Assembly: GCA_050273025.1 (NCBI GenBank)
Contig: CP158635.1
Coordinates: forward strand, 10,416,001 to 10,480,000
Length of the DNA stretch: 64,000 nucleotides
Direction of reading: 5' to 3'
DNA from: Cenococcum geophilum
Taxonomy: Eukaryota
Shown here: positions 1 through 13,068 of the stretch, one piece after another
Numbering within the stretch: the first letter of the stretch is position 1
Layout: each line of letters starts with the position of its first letter
Position numbers and translations under genes: made by a program
Notes under the pieces: model-generated
The model's input: the letters and a program-made list of their open reading frames with translations, nothing else
What the model was told of the DNA's origin: nothing
Databases searched by the model: none

Positions 1-368
1 TCCTCTAGATTTTTTAATATTATAATTAAGGCTCCTTTAATATAACTTATAGCCTTTTCTATAATTAGGTGGTTTTAGATAACTTTCTTATCTAACTATA
101 TATAGAAATCTTCCTACTTATTGTTATGTCGTTGCTTATACCACTTTTAGTATAGCCTTTTAAGTATATATAGCTTATCCGTAAGGAAGTATCTTTTTAT
201 TACTGCGTTATAATAGCCCTTTATATATTATTTTTTTAAACCTAATAGGGATTCCTAGATCCTCTTTATTCTCCAGTTTAGTAAGCTACTTAGCTCTTAA
301 TATGCCTGCCCTAGGCCTATTAGTAATTCTTTATACTAGTGCTCTATCCCTTATACGTCCTAATATAT

Positions 369-1443
369 AAAAATGTCTATTCAAAGCGAAGTCACGCCTT
401 CCCTCCGAACAGCAACATCAATATCTATCACAATCAGCCTTTTGGCTTTTCGCTTTGAAATAAGGCTTATTTGATAGAGATTTTGTTGTTCATTCGTCTT
501 ATAGCCTTGATAATGCTATGCCGTACGGCGTTGTGTTGTCGTCGCGATAAAACGTCTTACCCCTGGAGGATCGCGAAGTTTCGCGTCGCGTCTTTCCACA
601 GCTGATAAGTAGTCTTTCCTGATAATTTTTCCCATAGGGTTTTTCAACAGGTTTTGAATTGACGCTTTCCAGCTTCCTTCTCCTATCGTCGTCGTCGTTA
701 ATAGCCTTCGATATTACCTACCCGAACGGTTATTAATGATACTCTATGGGCGCAAAGAGACGACATATATTCCTACTCCTATATTGGTTATTAGGCGCAG
801 GCCTTATACCGCTAGGTTTGTCGTTAATAGCCTTTGATATTACCTAGGTTCTGGGTTACCCAAATGGTCTTTTAACAATACCCTACGGGCGCAAAAAAAG
901 ACGAGATATATTCCTACTTCTATATTGGTTGTGGGGCAGGCCTCGTACCGCTAGCTTCTAACGGTACGCGTTGTTTGGGGCAATAAGTATGTAATCATCT
1001 ACCACTGCTTAAGATAGTAGGGAACCTACTATGCAATACAGCAGGCTGAGATGATTACCCTCTCCTTGGGCCTACACCCCCCAATACAATACACTATTCA
1101 GAATATATCTCTATCTCTGCGAGCAAGTGAATAGATAAAAATGTCTATTTAAAGCGAAGTCATGCCTTCCCTCCGAACAGCAACATCAATATCTATCACA
1201 ATTAGCCTTTCGGCTTTTCGCTTTCCCACCCTCCACCCTATAGATAGATTTTGCAGCCTCTTAGGCTTGCGGTAGGCCCGAGGGGGGCAATAAGTGTGTA
1301 ATCATCTACCACTGCTTGAGATAGTAGGGAACCTACTATGCAATACAGCAGGCTGAGGTAATTACCCTCTCCTTAGGCCTATACCCCCCAATATAATACA
1401 CTATTTAGAATATATCTCTATCTCTGCGAGTAAGTAAATAGAT
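369..1443. mobile_element. Non-coding element with split direct repeats A1-internal-B1A2-spacer-B2, inserted in Gypsy F (non-autonomous Ngaro/PAT-like, or two head-to-tail Helitron-like units)
   Basis: A1 369-456 matches A2 1137-1224 (88 bp). B1 977-1136 matches B2 1284-1443 (160 bp), and B1 abuts A2. Much less RIP-mutated than the flanks. No TSD seen. Confidence 0.6.
694..954. repeat. Imperfect tandem duplication (~125 bp unit)
   Basis: gtcgttaatagcc...ttcctact..tatattggtt...ccgctag occurs at 694-815 and 820-954. Confidence 0.85.
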
Positions 1444-4001
1444 TAGATCTTTTATCTAGTTTCTATTCTTACTATGCGATAATTCTTTACCTAAATTCTT
1501 TTATAGTTTCTTTTAGTTTGCGTCTTATAGATAGATTCTTAAAGTCTTTCTACTTTTTAATCTTAGTATTAATTCTTTAATCTTTAGGCCGAACACTATG
1601 TCCTCCTAGTAAGTCCTCTAGGTCTATATATTTGTCTTCTAGTCTAGTTACTATTTATACTGTAGATTCTCTAATCTATAAAGAAACCTCTTGCCTTTTA
1701 TTTATGGGTGTCCTTATTTATACTCCGAATTCTTAACCCCTTTAAATTGTTAATCCTAAGCTTACTTCTATCTTAAGCTTTGCTTTAGCCTTAGTCTAAC
1801 TAGGCTTACTTAATATTCTTATCTTATCTTAAGAATCTTAAATCTTACTTATCTTGTTTTAAGAATCTTATACCTATAGGAAACTCTATTCTAAGCTTAT
1901 TCTTATATCTTTAAACTAAGCTACTGCTCTGCTCTATTAGTTATCGTCTATTATAGGTCCTTAAGCTTACCTTATCTTATCTTAAGAATCTTAGTTATCT
2001 TACATCTTATCTTAAGAATCTTAAGCCTTTAGCTTTTTGCCTTTATTAAGTACTAAAGTAGCTCGCTGTCCTACTTCTCTTATATCTTATAAAGCGATAG
2101 ATATCGTGTTTAGTAGGGTCTTAATCCCTACTAATGTTCCCTATTCTATAGTGGAATTATCCTTTACCTCTTATATAATATCTCTAAGGTCTATATACTC
2201 CTAGTAAGCCGCTTTTATTACCTTATCGTTATAAAATATTTTGCCTATGTTAAAGTTATTATCCTTAATATCTAATCTACGAACTGGTTTATTAGTTTTT
2301 TTACATTCCGCTAAATATAGCTCTTATAGCCAATAGCTTACGCCGTACTTAGCGTTCTTATAAATTTGGTATATATTATTATAATAAAACGTAAAACTTT
2401 TAATTAAACATTCTTTTGTTCCTTACAGTATATTATTATCCCTTTATATATATATATCGTCTACTAATCTCGTTTCTTTTACTGCGTAGTAACTCTAACT
2501 ACTTTTATAATCTCTAATATAATAACCTTATTTTCCGTAATTTATATAAGCTTCCTCTTTAAACCATTTTTCTTGCTATAGAGTCCGCCTAAATATCTTC
2601 TGCTACTAAGATCCCTAATTTAGCCTCTAATCCTTAGACCTTTAATTACTTAACCCTTATTCTTTAGGTTTCTATAGTTTCTTACTCTATCTCTTATAGG
2701 CTTTTCTAGTACTACTTAGGTCTATTAGCTCTGCGCCATACTATAGTTTTTAACTTAGCTTTAGTTATTATATACTTTACGCCTTATATAACTATAGAAC
2801 TCTATCTTAGCCTCTCTTAGCCTGTTCCCTTTAGTAGATCTAATTATTAATCTTAATTACTTAATCTATTAGTTTCCTTAGGGTATCCACATCTTCTATT
2901 AGGATAATTACATCCTAAACTTTAACTTTAAATCCCTACTTATACTATACTATAAGCGCCTTATTATTCCACTTTACTTATATTACTAATGTCTAGAACT
3001 ACGTTATGTACTTAATTACTAAAGTTTATTACGTAATATCTTAGAGTTTTCTTTTTGCCGTAGTTGTTAATTCTAGGTCGCTAAATATTTACATAAGTTA
3101 CTCTATAAACCCTTCCTAGCTTAAGAATATAAATCGCATATCTTAGTTAGTGGTTGTTATTTTATTTACCTATATTTCCGTAAGGTAAGGCTTAAACCAC
3201 TTAAGTGCTCTTTCTAATAGGAATAGTCCCGCATATGCTATTTAATCTATAGGTATTGGCAGCTTAGCTCCTTCTTATATAACCTTAAAGTACATTTAAG
3301 TAAGAAATCCTTTAAGTTTTAATCTCTCTCCTAAATACCTTTTAATTAATAGTAGCTTAATCTTCGCTGCTCCTATTCTATTAATCCTATTTTCTAATAT
3401 TACATTATTTTCTATTAGCTAGTCGACTATCTCTTATAGTTATCCAACCGTTATAGGTTGCTATAAGTTAGTATCTGCTATATTAGTGTTATTACCTAAC
3501 CTTAAAGTAGTTGCCGCCGTTAATAGCGTCATGGCTAGTGCTTTTAGTGGTATATTATTTAACTTTCTGTGTTTAATACTATAACTAGGTAGTAATTATA
3601 TAACGGAACCTTATAGCAGGAACTACGGTAGGCTCGTTATTAGGCTAGGTGTATAGGAAATATAAATATAAAAGTTAACAACGTAATAATAACTGGTAGA
3701 GTGGTTGCCTAATAGATTAACTCTAATTATATTCTAAGAATTACTATAAGGAAGAAACTATCTAGGTAGGGACTAAGGGTCCTTAAATACACAACCGTAC
3801 TCCTATAAAAACCTTCTTATATATAATGTATATACACTCTATCTACTCTATTATAGATTATATAAATCCTATAGATTATATAGATTACGTTATATAACCT
3901 TGGTTACTATTTCTCATTATATAGTTCTACCGGTTCCATCCTAGACTATGCCTAAATTAACTAACTAGCTTCTTCTGACTCCTCTCCAAGTAGTTATAAC
4001 A
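1444..4001 (-). mobile_element. Ty3/Gypsy family F: 5' LTR and RIP-degraded gag; probably continues through 1-368 and off the window start
   Basis: Putative LTR 3599-4001 (tataacgg...gttataaca, RIP'd TGT..ACA; partner LTR not in window). Minus-strand gag-like 'GERLKLKGFLT*MYFK' at ~3290-3340 and a degraded CCHC knuckle at ~2505-2550. It cuts the integrase of Gypsy X at 4001. Confidence 0.7.
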
Positions 4002-7000
4002 TTGTACTTAAAGCGTCCGTAATATTGTTATAGGATAGTTTCTTACGTATAGTCCTTAGTCCTTTTAGCTTATCCTAGTTAAAGCTTATTTAGGGTAAAT
4101 AGCCTATTTCTAGTTTAATAGGGGCAAATCTAATAGAGTTATGGGGTAAGGTTGCTTAGGTATAGTTTATTAGAGGTAGTAGTTTAGCCTAGTTATCTTA
4201 GAAGTAGTTAATAAAGGGCTAAAGTCTCTAGTCTAAGTATTAATTTATAATCTCCGTTTAACCGTTTATTTAGGGGTAGTATACTATAGAAAGCTTTAGC
4301 CTAATGCCTAGGATTTAAGTAAACTTGTTTTAAAAAGCTAATATAAACTACGGCCTATAATTAGATATAATAGTATCTAGTAGTCCGTAGATTTAGTAGA
4401 CGTAATAAATATATATTTAGGCCGCCTCTTTAGTATTAATATTCTTATAATAGGGAATTAAAAATAGGCGCTTACTAAAGCGGTTAACTAAAATTATAAC
4501 TATATCGTATCCGTTACGGTCTATAGGTAACTTATAAAAATCTATAGAGACGTGCTACTAGGGGCGATTAAGTATTAGGAGGGGTTTTAATAGTCCTAGG
4601 TCTTGTCTCTTAGGATTATAAACCTATAGTAGTTATTACAGTTTTATATATAACGGTTAATATCTATAACTATTCCGGGCTAGTAGTAACGGTTACTAAT
4701 AATCTTATAGGTCTTATTTTTTCTAGGGTAAGCCGTAGAGACCTAGGTATGTGCTTTGGTAATAAGCTAGGTTTATAAGTTCTATTCTTTTACTATTACT
4801 AGCCGTTTATTACGGCACTGCAGAACTTGGCAGAACTTCGCACCGGCAAGTTGCCACAGATTGCCGCATATTGCGGTCACGTGACGCGAAGATCTTATAA
4901 AACATCGAACGGCGCTGCTCTTCTTCTCCTTTCCTTTCCCTAGCTTTAGATTCTCGTTTATAGACAATCCAATCGTATAGGCTTGCGCGTCCCTTTTGCC
5001 GTGCTTATGCCTTGATTAACTAAGTCGCTAACGCTATTCCTAGTACTTAAGCAGTCTATTTTTAAGGGACTATAAGCTAATAATGTCCTTTACCTTTTCG
5101 CGATACTTCTATAGAGAAGGGCCTATACGGTTTACTTATAGTAATTTATTAATAAGGTTAATAGGACATATCTTAACGCTTAAAGGTTTAGTGCTTAGTT
5201 CTTCCCGTATTTAAGGGTTAAGGTGCTTTAGTTATAGTAACGTCTAGGTTTATAATAAACTCTTTACAGCTATCTAGTTATTTAGGTCCTATTTACGCCT
5301 TATAAAAGCGTTTATATAGTTAGTGGCGCCTAGCCTATATATAATTAGGAAATTAAACTAAAATAGGATATCTACCTAGCGCGCCTACTAGGCTCTAAAG
5401 GCTTTTATTATTATAAAGTATTCTAAGGCCTTATAATCTAAAACTACCTTAATCGGCTTAGGGGTCCCCTCTAGCTATATACGTTCGTGCTAAAAGCTAA
5501 AAATAATAGCTAGCATTTCTTTATTATAGATATAGTAGTTTAGCTTAGTATTTATTATAGTTTTTAAATAGTATATAATAGGATGCTATTCTCCATCCGG
5601 TTGCTTCTAGGAAAAAATTCTAGCTATTATACTATTTAAGGCATTAGTTTCTAGTATTAAGGGCCGTTTTAGGTTAAAATAAATAAGTAAGGGAGCTAAT
5701 ACTAGCCGTTTTTTAAGCTTATTAAAGGCCTACCTATATATAGCGTTAAAGTAGAAGGGCTGGTTTTTTTTGTAAGACGGTTAAGAGGCTAGGTAATTTT
5801 ACTATAGTTCTTAATAAAGTGTTAGTAGAAGTTATAAAAACCTAAAAATAATTATACCCCCTTTACGGTCCATAGGGGTACTTACTCGTTAATTATAGCT
5901 ATTTTCTTTAGGTTAGTTTTAATTCTATTTATACTAATAATAAAACTTAGGTACTTTATACACTTAATACTAAACTCCAACTTTTTAATATTAACCTAAA
6001 AGCTAGCCTTATAGAGCTATTATAAAACTTTATAGACATGCTTCTTATATTCTAGCTTATTCTTAAAGTAGATTATAATATTATTTAAATAGGCCGTATA
6101 GAAGTTGTTAAGGTAGTTAAAGAGTATATTATTTATAAACCGCTAGTATATAGCTAGTCCATTAATTAGTTAAAAAGGAAGTACCTTATATTTATATATT
6201 TAGTAATAGGTCTAAAATATAGTAAAACTCTTAAACTTAGGGTTTATTTTAATTTAATAAAAGGCCTAGTAGATATTAAGCTTTATAAAAACCTTAACTC
6301 TACTTATTTAGGCTAGAGTCTTATTAAGTAGGGAAAGCGGATAGCGGTTCTTGCGGGTTATATTATTTAACTTATAGTAGTTAATATAAAAGCAGAGTCC
6401 TCTATTTAGCTTTTTAATAAAGAGAATAGGTAAGGCAAAAGGGGCTTAGCTAGGCTTAATAAAGCCCTTATTTAGGTTATTAATAAGATACTACTTTATA
6501 GCTTATAATTTAATAATAAACTACTTATAAAGGGGGCTAAAGCTAAGGGTTTTTTCCTTACCCTACTTAATTTTAATCTTATAGTTATATAGTTAGTAAG
6601 GTAGAAGTATATTAGACGCTACTTTAGAGAATATATTCTTAAATTTCTAGTATTAATAGGGCAGCTTTTATTCTACTAGTTCCTTATCTATAAGCTTACT
6701 TTCCTTTTCCTTAATTGTTTAATTAATTTTATATAAGCCTGTTATAAAGACAACGGTATTAGGCTAAACTAAGTTCTGGTAGAATCCTATAGCACTAATA
6801 TAGTAAATATTAACTAGTAGGAGGTCCGCTAGTTTCCTTATAGCCGTTTTCTAGACCGTATTTTATAATTTAGAGTTAATAATCTTTCTTAGCTCCTATT
6901 CTATCTTCTATAGGTTATCTCTCTAATTTATTAGTTTAGTATAACGTCTAATATCCCTTACTGTCCTCTATAGCTATATAGGGGGCTTTTTTAGGTTACT

Positions 7001-9209
7001 ATTAACTTTCTAGGTCTTTAATGCGGGTAATAAAATATAAGTAGTTTAGGGCGATGTAGTATATAAATCTGTTATAAATTAAGCTATATATTTTTCTTAA
7101 AGGCCTAATCCCTATATATAGTATCGGCTTAGTAAATAGTATTAATTTAGGGCTATATAAGGTTTTTTATTATAATGCTAGTTTCTTTTATAAAGAAAGG
7201 GGTTAGGGGTAAGGTTTAGGTTAGATAAGCCGTCTACTTTATATATTAAGCTATAAGCCTAAATAGGCTAGCTATTTTTGCCTTAAGATTATATTATAGC
7301 TACCTAGGTCCGTAATAAGGAAGGGGATATTATATTACCTTTGTCTATTAACACAGAGGTAAATCTATAAGATAGTTATAGTAGGTAGCCCTATCTGCCC
7401 ATTATACCTATAAATAGGAATTAGTTTAGGTAGTTCTTTAATAGGTATATTTAAAAGGTTAGCTAGCTTTATATTATACTAGGTATCTATTAAGGTAAAG
7501 GCATTTACTTTAAAGTTAGCTAAAGTAGAGGTTAAAACTTAGTATTTATTACGGAATAAAGTATAAGGGATAGTATAGCTTCTTCTACTAACTAGCTAAC
7601 TTAGATTAATATCTAATATATTAATCCCTTTTAACTCTAAAGAGGAGTCTTTCTTTAGGGTTTCTTTTTTTCTAACTTTATACTATTTTTCTAGATTAAT
7701 AAAACCTTATCCGCTTTTATATTTATTAGGCAATTTTTTATATAGTAGCCTTTTTAACCATAAGAGAAGTAAGCTTCTTAATTACTAAAGGCCTATATAT
7801 AGGGGTTGCTATATATAGGCCGAGCATTCACTAGACCTATAGTAGGACTAGCTGTATAGCTAGCTACTAAATTAGTAATAGGCTATACGGGTAGTACTAT
7901 AGGGGTTGCTAATTATGCTAGGGCATTATAGGCCGTTTTTATATTACTTATAGTCTAATTTAAAGGGTTTCTAGCTTTATACTATTTAGCACATGCCTTA
8001 ATTTAGTAGAGGCCTTAGTTAATAGCTAAGCACTAGTCTATAAGTTCCTTTAGCGTCTATATAATAGTAAAAATTAGTAATACGGCTTGCTGCAGGTTTA
8101 GGGTAAGCTTATTAAATAGGTCTAGTATTAGATCTTCCTAAGGAATTTAAGCTTAGCCGGCTAGGTATAAAAAGCGGGTCTAAAAGGCTAAGAATATCTC
8201 TATCGTTTTTATATTTAGGCTTTTATAATTAAGTTAGGCGTTCTATACTTTAAAAGGGTCTTTATAAATAGAAGATATATAAATAATTATTTCTTCTTTA
8301 AAGAGGAAGGGATCTACTAAGTCCTATACGTATTACGGATATAGGTGCGTTTATATATCCCTACTAGTACGGCCAAAAACGTAAGCTATTTTAGCCTAAG
8401 TAGTAGAGAAGTAGTCTGTATTAACTTTAAGATTATTTTATAATTAAAGCTTCCAATTATTAAATATAAGGTTAGTTCCATCTATAAGCAATAGGGGGTC
8501 TATAACTTTTATAGACTATAATAATACTAATACTATATAATAGGCTAGGGCCTTAAAGACTATAGTAAGTCTCTAGGTGTTTAATAACTCTTTACTAGGT
8601 ATAGGGGTTTTTCTAGCTTTAAGCAGCTTTTAAAGTTGTTTAATTTTGGTATTAGCTGCTATAAGCTCTACCTAAGAGTTTAAGTTAGCTACTATTTTGC
8701 TATTAGAGGTATTTAAGGGTCTTATAGCTACTTTCCCGGCCGCTGTATTTCTTAATATAGTAGTATAGTTATTAGGGTAACTTCTGATAGAATTCTATAG
8801 GGGTTTTAATCTATACATATTTAATAGGTCTTATTATTCTTTTCTATTCTTTAGGTCTAATTTTATATTCTGTTTTAGTTTATAGTCCGTAAATATATTT
8901 AAGTTCCTTCTTAAAAAGAAAGCGTAGTTAAGCTTTAAATAATATTAGCAACTTAGTTAGTTAAGGCATAAGTATAGTAAAAGAAACGCGCAAGCCTATA
9001 TAATTAGTAGTCTATAAATAAGGATCTAAAGCTAAAGAAAGAAAAGGAGACAGAAGATAGCGCCGCTTAACGTTATATATAATCCTCTAGTTATATAATA
9101 GTAATTATTTTAAAATATATAAAACTGTCTACGATTATTTGCTACAATCTACTAATATTTACTAGCTATAATCTACTAGTTTCTACCAGTTTCTACTAGC
9201 GCCGTAATA
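4002..9209 (-). mobile_element. Ty3/Gypsy family X, copy 1 (5' LTR, gag, PR, RT, RH, part of IN), RIP-inactivated
   Basis: 5' LTR ~8943-9209 matches the LTRs at 13562-13795 and 50551-50793. Minus-strand RT 'TAYLNNIIIY' (YLDD) at ~6070-6100. Integrase 'LSIVYYP*INGQTEIINQYL' (de-RIP LSTAYHPQTDGQTE) at ~4240-4300. Confidence 0.9.
4808..5033 (+). mobile_element. Solo LTR related to family X, inserted antisense in the pol of X copy 1
   Basis: tattacggc...aagtcgctaacg; its 3' half matches the X LTR. TSD ccgtt (4803-4807) / ctatt (5034-5038) differs only by RIP-type transitions. Confidence 0.8.
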
Positions 9210-9414
9210 ACTTATATATTATAGTACGTGCTAACTATTAAGGTACGAGGTACGAGGTAACTGTATATTATTGATAAATAATGTCGTGTAAGGAGCTATA
9301 TACAGTGATATGCACGACCAGCTTCCACCCCCCTCTAGAAAAATATTATTTCGCTTCGGCACGCGAGCTCGCTAAATCGCCACCAACTATATATAGTAAT
9401 TGTAGCGAAGCCAT

Positions 9415-10571
9415 ATGCTTGGCTGTAAGAACTTTTGCTTCTAGCGGACTTAAAGCTATTTACAGTTGGTCTTCCTCCGCAGTGTCGTGATCTTTATTAA
9501 ATATCCTAAGGTTTCTACCTATACTATCCGTAATATAGCTCCGCGAATAGGCCCATATCAGCACGCCCTAATTAAGAATCTTCTTTAACTTAGAGCAACT
9601 TAAGCGGAGTATGCCTCTACCGCTAGTTATATAACTCGCTTAATTACCGCAATTAGGAGGAACTTATGGATATTTAGTTCGACTTGGGCACCTCTAAATG
9701 GTAAAGGTAGCCAGTTTTTACTAAGCAATCGAATAATTGTGGTAATACTAATACGGCTAGAGGAAAAGCCAACTCTCTTTAGTAATAAGTTGCAGTAGTT
9801 AATCTATAATATCTTTGGTGTCATAGTAAGCCGCTATACAATATTTTAAAAGCTCTATTTAGCTAGCTAAATAAGAAAGCGGGTAAGCTAATTAGATCCT
9901 CTTATTATAGAGCTTAGAGAGTAGCTTATATAAAGTAGTGTTACCAGGTAGCCCTTAAGCGCAGCTCTTACAATCGCGATATATATTTCGCTATTATATC
10001 ACAGTATACCGCCAATTAATTAGTATTTATAAATAAGTCTAGTGCGGATTTAAAGACGGGCGTACGGAAGACTAGCTAGGCTCCCTCTAGTGTTATACTA
10101 ATATTATATACACTATATAATTGGGGTGAGACAAGGCTTAATATACTACCTACGTATACAGTTAACGGCGTACTAGTAGCCTTAGTATATAAAGGCTTAA
10201 CAAATGGCGAAGGCTTTAAGTTCTGGGTAGCAAATACTCTTCTACCGCGGTATAATCGCTTTCCTACTAAGCAATCAGTAGTAGTTATAGATAACGCCAG
10301 CTTCCATTACTTAGAGAGGATATAAGCTCTCTTTAACGCGTTTAGGGTTAAGCTTGTATATTTACCTATATACTCACCTAATTTAAATCCAATTAAAGAG
10401 TTTTTCGGAGAGCTAAAAGCTTTTATTTAGCGGGAGTGGTTCTCTTAGGTAGAGCACCCTAAAAGCTTCAACTATAGCTTTAAAGCCTTTCTTCTTTAGA
10501 GTATAGATAAGGTTGGCAGCAAGAGCAAGAGCGCAAGAGGACATTTCCAACATAGTGGGTATAACTGGTAA
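9415..10571 (+). pseudogene. RIP-inactivated Tc1/IS630-type DDE transposase (start approximate)
   Basis: 'SVVVIDNASFHY' at ~10275-10310, 'YLPIYSPNLNPIKEFFGELK' (YSPDLNPIE motif) at ~10360-10420, and C-terminal 'GHFQHSGYNW*'. Confidence 0.9.
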
Positions 10572-10785
10572 GGCTTTTAGTATAAGAGAAGATCGATTTT
10601 TAGTGGCGTTCTTAATTATACGTAATACTTATAAATACACTATATATAGGGTGTTTTTATTACTACAGAGGCGCTAGCAGTAACAAAGACACCCTATATT
10701 TTACTAGTTAAGATCATCTACGTCTTAAAAAAAACCCTATATTCTGCTAAGTATCTACGTCTTAAAAACTTCCTTTAAGCTAAAT

Positions 10786-12501
10786 CTAACATTTATTTGC
10801 CTACTTCTTTAAATCCTTCTATAGCCGCCTTATAACACCTAATTTAACACCAGCCTATATGAGTTCCTTAATAGGATTAGCGCTATTAAATTTATTATAT
10901 AGGAGCTCTAAGTCCCATTTTAGATTATAGACGATTTTATATACCGCCTTAAAGTTAGCCTCCTAGTTAAGATCGCTAGATATACTCTGCTTCTAATATA
11001 TAAAGAACTCCTCTAGATCCTTTACACGGTTAATACCTTATAGGCGGCGTATTAGCAATATAGGTAAGAACAATAACGTTAGTTGGCTTACTAGTATAGG
11101 AGTTTACTAATTTGGTATTAGGCTTATAGAGCTAACGTAAAAGTAATTAATAACGCCTGGAGTATTAGTAGTAGAGTTTTTACCAGAGGTTGATTGACGT
11201 ACTCTTCTACTATTATTTCCTCCCCCTACTGCTCTCTTAGTAAGCCGTATAGCAAGCTAATAAGGTGGATTCTAAATATTCGCAATGCCTTACTAGATAC
11301 CAGTTACCTATTCTCTTAAGTCCTTATCTATTAATTTAACGTCTACCTGGCCAAGAACGTAGCACTAATTAACATTTAGGTAGTACTTCTTATAACGCCA
11401 ATATCTAGTAAGCTTAACCCACAATTCTATTAAATCGGTGGCGTTACTAGCAGGAGGTACGCAAGGCGTTAAGCTCTGCTCTAAAATTTATAAGGGCGTT
11501 AAAACTTTACTATAGAGTTAATTAAGTATTAATGGATAAGAGCTAACTCTAGAATAAGAGGCCCCTGCTAGAGTATATATAATTAAGAGGTTAACGGTAA
11601 GAGCCTTAATCGCGCCGCTTCTATTAGTATACTTTGCCTACAATATAAGCTAAGTATTAATCTTCTGCCACTAGGCTGCAACCTTAACTTCTATTATATT
11701 AAATCTAACGTTATAAACGCCTACGTACTAAGTGTTGACTTTAGCCTTAATTAACTAGAGCTTAATACAAATACCTTACTCTTAATAATGTAGCTCTCTC
11801 TCGCAAATAGGGAAGACTTAAAGTCGCCAAAGATTATAAAGCTAAAGGCTTATACCAATAAGAGTTTTAGTAAAAGACGAATCCTTTAGGTATCGAATCA
11901 CTACATTATAATTATAAGTGATAAACACGCCGCCCCTTCTCCTCTCTATATTACCAATCTCGCTTTTAAAACGTAGGTAAGGCGGCGGCGTAATTGGCTT
12001 ATCCTTATACTTACTTATTAAGCAAGCCCTTAGGGGTAAGCGAGAGGCTAGTAGTAAGTAAGTAATTGGAGGAGCACGAGCCTAAGAAGCCTAAGGAGCA
12101 CGAGCCTAAGGAATAAGAGCAGCTTCCTAAGAGGCCGTGGCCTAATATCGTAGTGTTAATACTAGCGGCTCCTGCGTTAAATATAGTAACTCGTAAGATC
12201 TTAATTAAGGTAATCTACCAAACTAACTTTGGTAGTGTGCACGCCAGCCTTCTACCTCCTTGTTAGTCTCTACTGCGGCTTCCAAATTGTTATCTATTTC
12301 CTTAAGCTCCTCTAGTATAAAACCTAGGTAAACGGCGTTGTATTCGCGTCTTAGCGGCTATCGTACTATATTTAGGCGATAGCTTGACGGTAATAGGGGC
12401 CCAGGTAATAAGGAGGGAGGAAGGTAGTTTCGTCGAGTTCATTAGGAAGGAGGACTCTCGCCCATTAATTAAGCTACTGCGCGTTTTAAAGAAGGATGCA
12501 T
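10786..12501 (-). pseudogene. Second, convergent degraded ORF of unknown function inside the Tc1 element
   Basis: ATG at 12501 (MHPSLKRAVA...). Long frames are broken mostly by TAA/TAG. Segments include 'LWVKLTRYWRYKKYYLNVN*CYV' and a C-terminal 'LI*AGVKLGVIRRL*KDLKK*'. Probable intron(s) near 11730-11775. Confidence 0.6.
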
Positions 12502-12798
12502 ATTAAGGGCAAATTAATAATAGTATAACACGATTTTAAGTGGATATTACAACTTTAGTAGGTTAAGTAAGTTTAATATAGCTTCAATTTAATTGTCCTA
12601 GTAACCCTTACGTGCAGGCACATGCGTTCGCTACAATTACTATATACAGTTAGTGGCGATTTAGCGAGCTCGCGTGCCGAAGCGAAAAAATATTTTTTTA
12701 AAGGGGGGTGGAAGCTAGTTGTGCATATCACTGTAGGAGGTAAGGCGGTATATATACGTGTCGCTTAGGGGTTAGGTCCGTGTTTATGTATACTCGTA

Positions 12799-13068
12799 CA
12801 AAGGCCGACGGCTTTAAAAACGGTCCAATTTTTTAAGCAAGTATTTTGCGTATTCTAGGCCCGCGATAACAAATAAATAGCAATTGCGCCTTGAATTTAA
12901 CTATTGTAAAATTCTAGGGAATAACTAATCTGCTTCTTCTCTATCATATAATACTTTAATTAAGAGTTTTAGGTGTTAGGTTAAAATTGCATACGAATTC
13001 CAAAAGGTAGAGATTTTGGTGTTCCTTACGTTTAGTAGATGGACCGTTTTCAAAGCCGTTGGCCTTCG
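12799..13068. mobile_element. MITE, 270 bp, ~29-bp TIRs, TA TSD
   Basis: ta|caaaggccgacggctttaaaaacggtcca ... tggaccgttttcaaagccgttggccttcg|ta. Confidence 0.85.

Larger units (their letters stand above)
9303..12733 (+). mobile_element. Tc1/mariner (IS630-Tc1) DNA transposon, 3,431 bp, ~107-bp TIRs
   Basis: TIR cagtgatatgcac...tgtagcgaa (9303-9409) is inverted at 12627-12733. TA TSD on both sides. Confidence 0.95.

Noticed and set aside
4782..4967. This and the remaining short track ORFs (9281, 16663, 26352, 27447, 31502, 53748, 60379, 61232)
   Set aside because: All fall in LTRs, TIRs or UTRs, or are antisense to degraded pol, and have no independent coding evidence.
12764..12778. ttaggggttagg as a telomeric repeat
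   Set aside because: Only about two imperfect units, inside an LTR.
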